DNA from: Azolla caroliniana | Lineage: Eukaryota > Plantae > Polypodiophyta | Assembly: GCA_043228905.1 (NCBI GenBank) | Contig: JBHGNT010000013.1 | Location: 10,726,001 to 10,790,000, forward strand | DNA: 64,000 bases | Direction: 5' to 3' | Part shown: piece after piece, positions 13,471 through 26,110 of the stretch | How positions within the stretch are numbered: the stretch's first letter is position 1 | Layout of the letters: every line of letters begins with the position of its first letter | The notes under the pieces: generated by a model | What the model was told of the DNA's origin: nothing | Database searches by the model: none | Seen by the model: only the letters and a program-made list of their open reading frames with translations | Program-made: the position numbers and the translations under genes

Positions 13471-16400
13471 TGTCGCATTGCTACGCACGTGCATGGAGAA
13501 GGGCGGGACCACGGGGGTCTTGGACTAAGGAGTAGGGGAGAAGGAATCGGACATGGAATGGAAGCTTTGCTCAAGAAGAAGAAGAATGAACAAGAGATTA
13601 GATCGAACAAGAGGAAGATGGAGACAAGATGATCAACAAGATGTATTAAAACGAAATGAACGATTACAAAATGGTGGCCGCATAGGCCGCACCAAACGAC
13701 TACTCGAAATGCTAACCCTAACCCTAACGCTTGACCTATGTGGTATACCTTGCACACTCAAAATAGGCAACCCCCACAATGGTGCCTTCCCTCTCCTTTT
13801 ATAGCACAAGGAGGGAAGACCGTTTACAAAAACGAGACTAGAATATCCCCTTTCATTCAAAGGGGATATTTGCCTTGATTTGGGGAGGGTGAGATTGATG
13901 GCCCCTTAACTCCCACCTCCTCACAAACAACTAGGTACCTATGTACCGCATAGTACCTCTCTCTCTCTCTCTCGCGTGGATGTGCGCACAAGACCACATC
14001 GCCTTTATACCTTAGGGATCTTATGGGGCATTTCTAGCACCATACCCTTTTCCCCTATTATTATTACAAATACATTATGTACGTGTGCAACGTTGCACAT
14101 CGCTCTTTGGCTCTCGTTGCTCGGGTTTCCGCTCGTGAACGAAAATCTTCACAACATCCGCCCCCCACCTAACCGCACATCCACTGGTATGTACCAAAAC
14201 ATAGGGGAGAGAACACGAGATTTTCGGCCACGACGACCGGCCGAGTCCTTAGCGCCCTCGTGGGCCCGCCTGGTTTTGTCCTCCACTTCGAGCAAGACCA
14301 CCCCGTCCACACGAACCACCGCCGCCTTCCGGTCCACCATCCTCGCTGAATGGTCTCGAACCGTCGGCGCCATCCGATCTGCCACACTCGACGATGTTCG
14401 CCGAGTTGTTGCCTCCACCCGATCCGCCACGTCCACCGTGGGTCCTTGAACCACCGACTGCATCCGACCCGCCGTATCCGATGCCCATGCTTTCCTCCCC
14501 GTTCGGCCCTCCCGAACGCCGTCGCCGACCCGGTTGCTCTTCCTTTGTCCGCCTCGTATATCCTCCGGATGCGCTCCCGGTCGCATGCCAGATTCCGCCC
14601 TTTGTGTGCCGCACACCTCGGCGTGCCGATTCTCTCCGCTCCGCGCTTGCCTTCCGTAGGCTTTCCCCGTTGTTCACCGTGCTCTCTCGCGGTAGAGCGT
14701 ACTGTCATCCAGACCTCTGTGTCAGTGTCCCTCGAGGCTCTCGTTACCGCTTCGCCTCGACTTGCGCCCTCTTGGCCCGCTTGGCCTTGCATGCCCTCCG
14801 GGAAGCCGCGCTTCCTGTTCCCGGCGCGTAGCCCGTTGCTCTCCACGCACCTTCTTCGGTTCTCAAGACACGACTCTCCGCTCATGCCGATCACGCTCGG
14901 CCCATGTCGTCGGTCTTGGTGTTTCGCCGCGCCGTTCTTCGTCCTGCGCTTGCCTCTCGAAGACTTGACCCGACCGTCATCGTCGGTCAATCGTTGTCGC
15001 CCATCCGCCGTATGCATGCTTGTGTCTTGGCCCTCCACCGGCCGTATTGCATGCGTCTCATGTCGCGCTTCCGCCGTAGACCCGACCTCCGTGTCGGTCT
15101 CCAACTCCTCGCCGCCACCCACCGTTTCTTCATTCTCCTTTCTATCCGCGACCGCCGATGCCTCACGGGTAGGTGTGGAGGGTTCCTCCCACTCTCGGTC
15201 CACCACCGAGTCCTCGCCTCTCAAAGGCTCAATCGGTCCACCGTTTCTGGTCACTCGTTGACGCTCTCTCGGATGCATGCTCGTTCTTGGGCCCTTCACC
15301 GACCGTAATGCATGCTTCGTGTTATGCCCTTCATCCGCTGTAGACCCGACCTCCGCGTCGGCCACTTCTTCCTTTGTCACCGTAGCCTGTTCCGACCCGG
15401 GCTCGCCATCTTGGACCCGCTCGTCCATCATCTCATATCGGATACCCGCTCCAATAACTTTGTCCGCTTCGGCCTCCGACTCCTCGCCGCCACCCGCCGT
15501 CTCTCCGGTCTCACGTTGATCCGCAACCGCCGAAGTCTCTAGAATGGGTGTGGAAGATCCCTCTCGCTCTCGGTCTTCTAGCAAGCCGCGATCACCGTGC
15601 CCACCAGGCCTCCTATCCTCACGGCCACCGCCCATCTCTCCGGTCTTATGTCCGCGCTCGGGCGCAACCGCCGAAGTCTCCGGCCCCGGTGTCGAGGGAT
15701 CTCGCCTCCGTCCGCTACAAACCTCCTCTTCGTCATTTCGGTTGCCCGCCTTGCCGCCGCCACCGTCCGTCTCTCTAGGTCTCACACCGGCTCTCGGGCC
15801 GGTTGCCGGAGTCTTTAGGACCGGTGTGTGGAAGGTCGCGGCACCGCCGCTCATCTCCTCTTCTTCCTCGATTTCGCAAGCCTCGAGTATGCTCGCGAAA
15901 TCCTCGTAGAACGTTTCGGGCAACCGTGTCTCAAAACTTTCGCCCACTCTCGAAGTGGCGTCCATTGCTCCGTAGATATCGGCCTCATCCATGGCCGTCC
16001 TCTTTCCACAAGTCGAGAGGGTCGCTCACTCCGCACCCTCTCCCACATCGTCGCCGTAGTCGCCCGCCTTGCCGCCGCCACCGTTCGTTACCCTAGGTCT
16101 CACGCGGGCACTCGGGCCGGCCGCCGGGGTCTCTTGAACCGGTGCGTGTAAGGTAGCAACGCCGCCGCTCGTCGATGCTATGCCCGTAGCCACCTCCATT
16201 CGGACATCGTCGTCCGTGGCTACCCCACCTCCGTATATGCCTTCCACGGTCTCCTTACCGTTGTCTCGGTTGCCCGCCTTGCCGCTGCCACCGCCCGTCG
16301 CTCTAGGTCTCACGCCAGCAATCGGGCCGACCGCCAGTGCCTCTAGGGCCGGTGTGTGTAAGGTCGCGGCACCGCCGCTTGTCTCCTCCTCACTCGATGT

Positions 16401-18102
16401 TTCGGGCCGCCATGTCCCGAATCCGTAGTTACCGGCCTCCATGGCCGTCCATTCGCCGCAAGACGAGAGGGTCGCTCTTTTTGCACCCTCTCCCATGTCA
16501 CCATCGTGGTCGCCCGCCTTGCCGCCGCTACCACCCGTCACTCTAGGTCTCACACCGGTTTTCGGGCCGGTTGCCGGAGTCTCTAGGCCCGGTGTGCATA
16601 AGGTCCCGGCACCACCGCCCGTCTTCTCCCCGCTCGATGTTTCGGGCCTCCATGCCCGAACTCCCTCATGTCTGCTTGAACCGGCGATCGCCGCCTCACC
16701 GTCCCTGACCTCGTCCTCGGTCGATCTTTCTCCGCATGTCGAGAGGGTGGCTCGCTCCGCACCCTCTCTCGTGGTACCGATGTACCATTCTCTTTCGGCC
16801 TCCTCATCCTCCGATCTGCTCGGCCCCGACTCCGCAATAAGCCCTTCTTCGGCTTCGATTTGTGCCTCTACAATCTCGTACGCTTCCCGCACCAAGGCTT
16901 CGATGTCGAGCTCCTCCGAACCGATTTGCGTTGAGCTCTCTTCCGGCGGTAGTGCGTAGTCGGTCACCGCTCTCTCTTCTCTGCCGCTCACGGGCCGCGT
17001 TGTGGCCGACCGCCTCTCATCGCATTGTATGCACGCCCATTCCACCGCGTTCCAATCTTCGGTGAGGCCGTACGCCCCTTCATCGTCTTCGAGGTAGGGA
17101 AAAATGGCCATTCTTCCCCTTTCATTGACCGACTTCAAGAATAGTGGGACCTTGTCCGCCCCCACTGATTCTTGATCCCGGACCGAAAGTTGGGAAAACT
17201 GGAGATCGAACTCCCGGAATGCCTTCATTGCGCTTCGAGGAGCCTTTGCCGACGACACCCATAGATCGAACTCACGTCGATCGTACTTGTACGCCTCTTC
17301 CCGTCTTCCTCTCCTTCTTGCGAAATCCCTTGCCATTCTCGTAATTACTTCCGCGATGTCTCTGGCTTCCATCTCCTTCCTCCCTTGCCGCCTCTTCACG
17401 TCGGGTTCACCAAATATGTCGCATTGCTACGCACGTGCATGGAGAAGGGCGGGACCACGGGGGTCTTGGACTAAGGAGTAGGGGAGAAGGAATCGGACAT
17501 GGAATGGAAGCTTTGCTCAAGAAGAAGAAGAATGAACAAGAGATTAGATCGAACAAGAGGAAGATGGAGACAAGATGATCAACAAGATGTATTAAAACGA
17601 AATGAACGATTACAAAATGGTGGCCGCATAGGCCGCACCAAACGACTACTCGAAATGCTAACCCTAACCCTAACGCTTGACCTATGTGGTATACCTTGCA
17701 CACTCAAAATAGGCAACCCCCACAATGGTGCCTTCCCTCTCCTTTTATAGCACAAGGAGGGAAGACCGTTTACAAAAACGAGACTAGAATATCCCCTTTC
17801 ATTCAAAGGGGATATTTGCCTTGATTTGGGGAGGGTGAGATTGATGGCCCCTTAACTCCCACCTCCTCACAAACAACTAGGTACCTATGTACCGCATAGT
17901 ACCTCTCTCTCTCTCTCTCGCGTGGATGTGCGCACAAGACCACATCGCCTTTATACCTTAGGGATCTTATGGGGCATTTCTAGCACCATACCCTTTTCCC
18001 CTATTATTATTACAAATACATTATGTACGTGTGCAACGTTGCACATCGCTCTTTGGCTCTCGTTGCTCGGGTTTCCGCTTGTGGACGAAAATCTTCACGA
18101 CA
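13471..18102 (-). mobile_element. Element B: non-autonomous Gypsy-lineage element (LTRs 13471-14156 and 17417-18102)
   Basis: 686-bp LTRs with ~3 differences. PBS TGGTGAACCCGACGTGAA at 17412-17395. PPT gcggttaggtggggggcgga next to 14156. 4-bp TSD ACGT/ACGC. No pol. Confidence 0.93.
14169..17372 (-). pseudogene. Element B coding region: truncated Gag-like N-terminus followed by repetitive Glu/Gly/Thr-rich polypeptide (ORFs 16026-17399 and 14169-15992)
   Basis: FREFDLQFSQLS...LFLKSVNE...LTEDWNAVEWAC aligns by eye with Gag of I (LREFEENFARLS...LFVKSVDE...LTTDWAAVRKVC). TP.LETPA.GP..GVRPR.T.GGGGKAG repeats four times. Confidence 0.7.
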
Positions 18103-19171
18103 ACGCGTTTTCCCCCCGCTTACATAAGGTTTTGTCGAAACCCCCTTTCTCCCTTCGCCGGCCACAACACCTACACCTGGCTCACCAGCCCCAAGAAAGA
18201 TTTCTTCACAACAACCGAGCAACTGCAGGAAATCCGGCTACCATCACTGAACATCCGCCGTCTTCGCCATCATCTCCGCCGCCACCCGCCCCCTGACGAA
18301 CCCCCCTACTGAATTCTACTCGCCCCCGACGCCCGAAGCTCGCCTCCCACAATGCACTCGGGAGTGTGCACTCATTAGGTTGGGGGGGATGTTAAGCGTT
18401 GGGATAACAACACAACCAGTCACGAATAAGAACGCATCAACAAGGACGTAGTACGAAGAGGAAACGACAAGAGGAAAGGAAAGCAAAGAGACGGCCAAAT
18501 GTGAAAGGCCCATACCCTAAACGTGAAAGCTATATAAACCACTTAGTAGTGGCTTTGTGGGGGTTCTCCCATTTGTAAAGATCTCCTATTGATTAGAGCT
18601 AGAGCTTCCTCTCCTCTGTCTTGTAAACCTTTGAGCTTAAGAGAGATTAGTGAAGTGTTGAGTTAGAGAACACTAATCTCTCTCCTTGTTGGTGCTAGAC
18701 CTCTTAGCAAAGAGGGTTAATAATAGACATACTCTTGCTTCTTATTGTCTATACTATTGATCTATTGTTTATGAGAGAGAGCTTGAGAGAGTGAGAGAGA
18801 TATCGTGCTTAATCATTTACTAATCGTTGAGTGAGTGTGAGGCTCGGAGGTATCCGACAACCATCTCCGCTCGATTCGCCATCAAGAGGGTATACGCCGG
18901 TCCGAATCCCGCACGACATCGAGGAGCCTACTCCATCAATACATAGATCCTTAACATAGGCCAACACATGGCACGACTGTGGGATAGTGCCTCGCACGTC
19001 GAACCCACAAGACAACTCCTTGATTTTTCGTGGAGTATGTCCAAGATGCTTTGGTCCAGGGGTTCAAGTGGCTCTTCGTCTGTTTCCCCTTGCTGATGCT
19101 TCCTCTCCGTCTCCTTCTCGGGCTGCTCTGGCTCTGGCCCCCTGACTTCCGTATCCGTCTACTCCATCCTT

Positions 19172-19452
19172 TGTGTCTCCGCCTGTTGATCCGACTTGAT
19201 GCTACGTGGAAGTCCCCCGTTCCGGTTGTTGCTCTTTATCATTGATGTTTATCTGTTCAACGTTTTTCTCCACTTCCTTCCGTCATCGCTCCCGTTCATA
19301 AACAATAGATCAATAGTATAGACTGTGTCTCCGCCTGTTGATACAACTTGATGCTACGTGGAAGTCCCCTCTTCCGGTTGTTGCTCTTCATCATTGATGT
19401 TTATCTGTTCAACGTTTTTCTCCACTTCCTTCCGTCATCGCTCCCGTTCATA
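19172..19452. repeat. 129-bp tandem duplication (19172-19300, 19324-19452) with a templated filler between the copies
   Basis: Direct comparison. Bases 19296-19323 are the reverse complement of 18747-18774. Confidence 0.9.
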
Positions 19453-22169
19453 CCCTTCCAACTATAGGTGCAACTGTAGTTGGTCATCTTCAAATCCGTC
19501 AAGGAGCTTTCGAACCGCCTCTAACTGCGTTTTGACTAGGGCATAAAAATCATCCAACAATTCCTCTTGTATGGTGACTATGCTTTCTTCATCCATCTTA
19601 TAGAAATTGTCGCTGACTTTCTTCCATCAGCTCGGAGGATCTGGAGTTCAATCACCAGTTTCGACCACTCATTCCATAGCTGCGCGGAACAATCGTCTAT
19701 TTTCATTTTCATTCGGTCCTTCCATCCTCCGACGATCATCCGGATGCGGTTAATCCCCATTTTGACATTGTCTTCTGTGGCTTCCTTTTCCTTCTTCAGT
19801 TGCTTAATTAACGTTGTTGTTGCCGTTTCTTGCACTTTATAATTATGGATCCGAGTTCGGTATGTTGTTTGCACCTTCTCCAATACACTACGGGATCGTT
19901 CTATTATTTTATTTTGAGTGTCAAGCAATTCAGACCGCTCTTTCGCCGTGTCGGTCAACAATTGCGTCGTTCTCTCTTCCAACAATTTCTCTTGAGCCGC
20001 TAGAGTCTCCATCTTCTCCTTGAGTTCTGCCCGGACCTCTTTCAACTTGTCCTACTATTGGTCATAATCCGTCTCCAGCTTTTTCTGATCCCAATACAAC
20101 TTGTCAAACTCCTCCGGTTTTTGCTTAAGACGCTGACTAACTCGTGATCTTAACCGATCGTCCCAGTCCTTCTGCTATCGGATTTCCTCTTGGAGCCTTT
20201 CTATCTCCGTCTCAACCATTCTCCGGATTTTATCCTTTTCTTGTTGCAACGTTTATTTTTCTTCCTTCAGCCGGTCCATGCTGCTATGCACTCATCCGAG
20301 GCAGTCTTCTGTCCTCCATTTATCTTCTTCGGTGGTCTTCCTTAGTTGCTTCTCCTTCTCTTTAAGTGCCGCTTGAGCAACCAATTCGTCCATGAGTGCT
20401 TCAACCTCCTTCTCTCTGGTGTTGTGTTGGCCCCCAATTCCGTCTCTTTTACTTGAGCTTCTTCCTGTGTTCTTACCGGAACTACCGGCTCCGTCTTTGT
20501 TGCATGGCCCATCTTTGCATGAATGGCCAATAGTTATTTGGCCCATTCCAACTCCGAGCCTCCTCTAATTCTTCAGTTGCAGTCCTCAACCGTTCCATTG
20601 TCGCAAAGTTTCACGCGCGTGTGTTACTTGGGTGGGACCACGGGGGTCTTGGATGAGGGAGTACGAAGGGATAGAGAAGACCCGAGGTTTGCTTTACGAC
20701 AAGACTACTTCTCGGGCAAGGGCTCGTTGCCCCTTTGTGGGGCCGGGGCTTGTGTTGATCATGACTCGTCGAGTTTTCGAGATCACCGCATGAGCCAAGT
20801 GATCAAATGGGTACAAGCAAAGATGAGCACGCAAAATGAATGCACAAGGGGACGAGAACACAAACACGAATGCCCATATGTCTTTATGAGGAGGAGAGGT
20901 GCATGGGCACGCCCGAACGCTCCCTCGTCACAAGACGCTATTGTGAAGATCCGTCACTACGTGCAGATCGTGAGGCGGAACCGTCGGGGTTCTGGACCAG
21001 AAGGATTCGAAGTTTGCAAAAGCTTTAGCGAGAAAGTATTTAAGATAGATTGAAAGAGAGAGGGATTGAGATAAGATAGAACGCTTGACTTTAGATTGAG
21101 AGAGATATTAGGGTTGAACTCTTGACTTTAGATTTGAAGAACAAGATTGATACATCAATTGGATAACGAATTTTCTTACTTTTAATTTCTTGATTAATAC
21201 ATAGCTCCCTTTGATCTTTTTCGTCCACCCTTTTATAGATGCTCCCATGCATATGATGCATGTGAAGGTACAAGACATGCATACAATGCATGGAATGCAT
21301 GTGATGCATGTTTGCCATTTGGCGCTCATGCATCACATGTCACTCAATCAAGCTCTAATATGAGAATTTACATGTAAAGCTATAATGATAAGAATATAAT
21401 CCCTAAAGAAATGATTTGGCTTAATGGTAAGCCTATTGCTTCCTATCTTGGAGGTGCAAAGTTTGAGTCTTGCTTATATCTTTTTCTTTTATGCACCAAA
21501 CACTATTAGGCTTTTGGACCAAATCTCTTTAAGACACCATGCACCGCGATCAACCGATCCGACCGATCCGTTCGATTTGCATCCGTTTGTTAGCCGGCCG
21601 GCAAGGGAAGTCCAGAATGGGAAACGAGGGGATAATTAATAACCCGGAGCTAATTAAATATTTATATAAAATTATTATGATTTGAGAAGCAAACAGAAGG
21701 ACACAGAATCGGTATGCCGATCCGGATTCGGACTGGTTCGTAGCCGGTTGCCGGTTGGCACCGATCTGTACTTAAAGCCGGAGACCTATAAAAATGGCCC
21801 GACTAGATTGTAATCATTGGCGGATAATTAATAGAGTGTTGTTGTTCTGTATCTTAATCATTGTTAATTACCATTGTCGTAAAGTTTCGCTCACGTGTGT
21901 TACTTGGGCAGGACCATGAGGGTCTTGAACTAGGGAGTACTCAAGGGATAGAGAAGACCCGAGGTTTGCTTTATGACAATACTACTTCCCGACCCCTTCC
22001 GAGCAAGGTCTCGTTGCCTTTTGTTTTGTGAGGCCGGTGGCTCTCGTTGATCACGACTCGTCGACCTTTCGAGATCACTACACGAGCCAAGTGACCAAAC
22101 GGGTACAAGCAAGATGAGCACGCAAGATGAACGCACAAGGGGACGATAACACAAACACGAATGTCCGTA

Positions 22170-22990
22170 CGTCTTTACGAGGAGGAGAGGTGCATGGGCA
22201 CGCCCGAAACGCTCCCTCGTCACAAGACGTCGAACGTACGAGGAAGACACAAAACACACGCACAAATGCTCGTACGCCTTTATGAGGAGGAGAGGTGCAT
22301 GGGCACGCCCGAAATGCTCCCTCGTCACAAGACGGCCGAACGTACAAGGAAGAAACTTTACACACACACAAAATGCTCGTACGCCTTTATGAGGAGGAGA
22401 GGTGCATGGGCAAGCCCGAACACTCCCTCGTCACGAGACTACCGAAGGTACAAGGAAGACACAAACACATGCACAAAAATGCTCGCACGCCTTTATGAGG
22501 AGGAGAGGTGCATGGGCACGCCCGAAACGCTCCCTCCTCACAAGACGGCTGAATGTACAAGGAAGACACAAACACACACAAATGCTCGTACGTCTTTATG
22601 AGGAGGAGAGGTGCATGGGCACGCCCGAAACACTCCCTCGTCACAAGACGACCGAATGTACAAGGAAGACACAAACACACACACAAATGCTCGTACGCCT
22701 TGATGAGGAGGAGAGGTGCATGGGCATGCCCGAAACGCTCCCTCGTCAAAAGATGGCCGAATGTACAAGAAAGATACAAACACACGCACAAAATGCTCGT
22801 ACGCCTTTCTGAGGAGGAGAGGTGCATGGGCAAGCCCGAACGGTTCCTCATCACAAGACGGCCGAACGTACAAGAAAGACACAAACACATGCACAAATGC
22901 TCGTACGTCTTTATGAGGAGGAGAGGTGCCTGGGCACGCCCGAAACGCTCCCTCGTCACAAGACGACCGAACATACAAGGAAGACACGAA
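22170..22990. repeat. ~105-bp tandem repeat inside C-family LTRs (8 units here, 3 units at 28990-29280, 5 units in E)
   Basis: Unit: cgtctttatgaggaggagaggtgcatgggcacgcccgaaacgctccctcgtcacaagacggccgaacgtacaaggaagacacaaacacacgcacaaatgctcgta. Confidence 0.92.
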
Positions 22991-25326
22991 TAAAGAAAGA
23001 AGGAGAGAAAGAAACACGAATGATATCGACCAAAGAGATAAATACTTGTTCGATTCCAACACAAAAGGACCATTTATAAAATAGGGTTTTGTTTACAATG
23101 GCAACTTATAGTTAACCACAAGCTCAATCAAAACAAAAATACTAAATGCCCTTAGAGACAAAAGCAAATCTGAACACGGCGAAGATGAACACACGAGCAC
23201 CACCAAAATGCCAATCCCAACGAACCACAACCACCCGAACGGCGAGCACACGGGCTCGCAACGACGAACGAGGCGGAGCAACGTCGAAGCAAAGAAGTTT
23301 GGGCTCACAAGCACTTCGAGTGCCGACGTGAAGAAGACGAGCACGTGGCGATGGGGGGATGAAGGGGTGGAACTCAGACACCAATGTTGTCTGGTCCTCT
23401 TCCTTTATGACCACTCATTGTGGCGCCCCCGTCCTTCTCTTCGGGTGCCTCCAGAGGAATCCCCCTCGTAGGAAGTACTTGTATGCTTTCTTTCGTACTC
23501 TCTATGCTTCCTCCTTCGACCATGAACTATCCACCGTCATTGAGCTTAAGAACTTGCCAATGTGTAGCCACTCCCCTTCGTATTCACTTTCGTTGAAGGC
23601 GTGGAGCACTCGCACATCTCGATCATCTATAGACGCTTGGGCTGTCTTAATGAAGTCAAGAGCGACATCCTCATCTTTAGACACCATGTCGCTTTCGCCC
23701 TCGAACCTTGCCCTCGATAGCATATCTGCCATGGCATTGTTCTTCCCTGAAATGTGGTGAATCTCTGGGTTCATTGATTTGATGTAAGCAATCCATCTTA
23801 GCATAGCTAGGTCAAGTGTTGCACACCCCGAAACCATCCCTAGGATTGGAAGGCAATCCACTCTATTACCACCTCTGACCCGATTAGGTAATCTTTATCC
23901 GCCTTCACTGCGAACACAATAACCCAAAGCTCACGTTTTACTTGGGTGTATCCTCGTTGTAGCTCGCTTAAGACCTTGGCTCCGAACTGGATGGCATAGC
24001 GTGTACCATCCTCTCCTTCTTGGTTGATGACCCCATTCGATCCCTGTTGGACTCGTATCTACCGTCACGTAGATGGGCACCCCTTGTATACGGCTTTTTG
24101 TAAAGCTGGTGCTGCTACCAACATTCCTTTGAGCCTCTTCATTGCCTCTGTGTGCTCTTCCTCCCACTTGAACTTCCACCCCTTCTTGAGTAGCCCATAC
24201 AAGGGCTCGGCTAGGTGAGCATAGTGTGGGATCCAGATGTGGTAGAATGCACAGGCACCAAGAAACCGCCTCACCTCTATTTGCGATTTACATTCTTCTC
24301 TCATGTCTGTGATGGCGTCCACCTTTGCCGGGGATGGCTTCCGTCCGTACGCCCCACACAAGTGTCCCACCACAAGGATCTCCGGTTGGCTGAATGCCGA
24401 TTTCTCACTCGAGAAGGTCAAGCGCGCATCTTCGAGTCTTTGTAGAACCTTCTCGCAATCGGAGATGTGATATGCCACAAAACGTGTGCACCCATCCTCG
24501 TCCAAGGTTTCATCTTTCTCCGCTTCAGAGCACCCTTTTATGGGGATTTCATCGAGGAACGATATGGTGATGTCGGGGATGCAATCTCTCAATACCTTGT
24601 TCATTGCATTTACCATGTGGGCTACAGAGTTAGTGCCTCCTTGTGGCAAGGTACACATTCGCACTAGGCCGATAGGGGGTCCGCATCGTCATGTTGTCCC
24701 TACTCTCCACAACTAGCTGGAATTGATCATACCCCGAGTATAGATCGCCAATCGAATAAATAGACCTTCTCGCGAAGGTCTCGGCGAATTCGTCAATGCT
24801 CGGTCCGATCCCAACATTTCGACATTTCGAATTGTCACTTGATTAACATGTTGTAGGTCCTGGATGAAGCGTAAGGTGCCGTTCTTCTTTGGCACAATGA
24901 ACCACCGATTCGAGTATGGGGCGCTTGATGGCTCGAGGATACCCATCTCGATCTTTTCCTTGAGTAGCTCAATCAACTTCAGGATGTGAGCTCTCAGAAC
25001 CAAGATTGGCTTGATGTTCCATGGTACATGCGGCACCGTAAAGATCACAATTGGCTCGAAGATCTTAGGGTTTACACACCCTATCTCACCCGACGAGAAG
25101 GCGAAAGCCCTTCCGTGGCTTTCGATCATCCTTCTAAATCTTTCCTCCTCCCTAGGCAATAGGAAGCCACCCCCACCAATCTGGAGCTTCTATCGCGTCT
25201 TGTCGGTGAACCGATGCCCTATGCCTCGTGGGTTCCACAAGCTAGGATCAGCCGCTACCCCCTTTATCCGATCCCAACTATCGTTAGGAAATGGGGCAAC
25301 CACAGGCTTCACCTTCTTGTCCACGG

Positions 25327-26110
25327 TGTGGTGCCTTTCGGCGCCAGATCGTTGCGTGAGTCGGGTGGGAACCACTGGGGTTTTGGACTAGGAGGAGGAA
25401 GAATTTGAGACGAGTCTAGTTATGAATAGATTATAAGAAAGAGATAAGAGAACTTGTGAATCCCACAAGTATATATAATTAGATTTATTAATATTTAGAA
25501 TCCTAATAACAATTTAGCATAGATTGGAAGAGTAGATTATATAAAACTTCCTGAATCCCACGAATATATTTTATTAATTGGTATTTTAGGAAATATATCC
25601 AATTTCCCAAATATTTCACACACCAATCACATTGTGCTCCTCATCCTTATATAGTGATGAGAGAGTCTTAACAATCCATGCTTTTTCTATAGATAGACTC
25701 TATGCTTTTTCTAAAGTGTTCATGCACACTAAATGTGCATGAGTTGCTTTTTACAGTATGCTTTTATTTCCTAAATATAGCACTTGCTCATGCTCGCTAG
25801 ATGTGCATGAGTAATATTTTATTGGTTTACATTTTTCTTATAAATAAAGTATTCACGCACTCTAAAAATGCATGACTTACCTTTTTAATAAAGGTAGGCG
25901 TGAATAAATGTCTTAAATCTATATTTAAAATATTAAGGATAAATTAGTACAATGGTAAGGTTGGGGTTTGTCTATGTAGAGGTATAAGGTTCAAATCTTG
26001 CCCTATGCATGTAATAAACTTTTTAATATTTTATTTTATTTATTATACGTACTTTAAATCGGATATAGTATTTTACATATTTCACGTAGTGTGTGATTCA
26101 CACTCCGACA
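25327..26110 (-). mobile_element. Element L: solo LTR related to the J LTR, inserted in C pol
   Basis: TG...CA ends with a perfect 4-bp TSD ACGG. Removal restores KYKTVDKKV. Resembles the reverse complement of 43844-44616. Confidence 0.88.

Larger units (their letters stand above)
10171..18312 (+). pseudogene. Large disrupted cargo ORF of element A (10171-13470 + 18107-18312, roughly 1150 codons): plant-mobile-domain/transposon-protein-like N-terminus, Pro/Thr-rich linker, coiled coil, unknown C-terminus
   Basis: Chain of + strand ORFs broken by single stops and frameshifts. The frame reads through (IDT-RFPPAY) once B is removed. The family resemblance (LVNRFLIGYNPDTG...FTAADICAMLHLPLEG...VQWAHEL) is inference. 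Confidence 0.55.
8721..18956 (+). mobile_element. Element A: non-autonomous LTR retrotransposon (LTRs 8721-9287 and 18390-18956), with B nested inside
   Basis: Two 567-bp TG...CA LTRs with ~7 differences by eye. 5-bp TSD TAGGT/TAGGC. PPT ttaggttggggggga lies just before the 3' LTR, and TATA gctatataaa is at ~8860. No gag/RT/IN motifs seen. Confidence 0.9.

Noticed and set aside
13712-13728. Telomere-like (CCCTAA)n in B LTRs and at ~30688
   Set aside because: Only 2-3 units, which fits a telo-box-like motif or chance rather than an interstitial telomere.
22170-22990. Hammerhead ribozyme (retrozyme) in the LTR repeats: TTATGAG...CGAAAC...GTC
   Set aside because: The CUGANGA core is absent, and stems II and III do not form in the required register.
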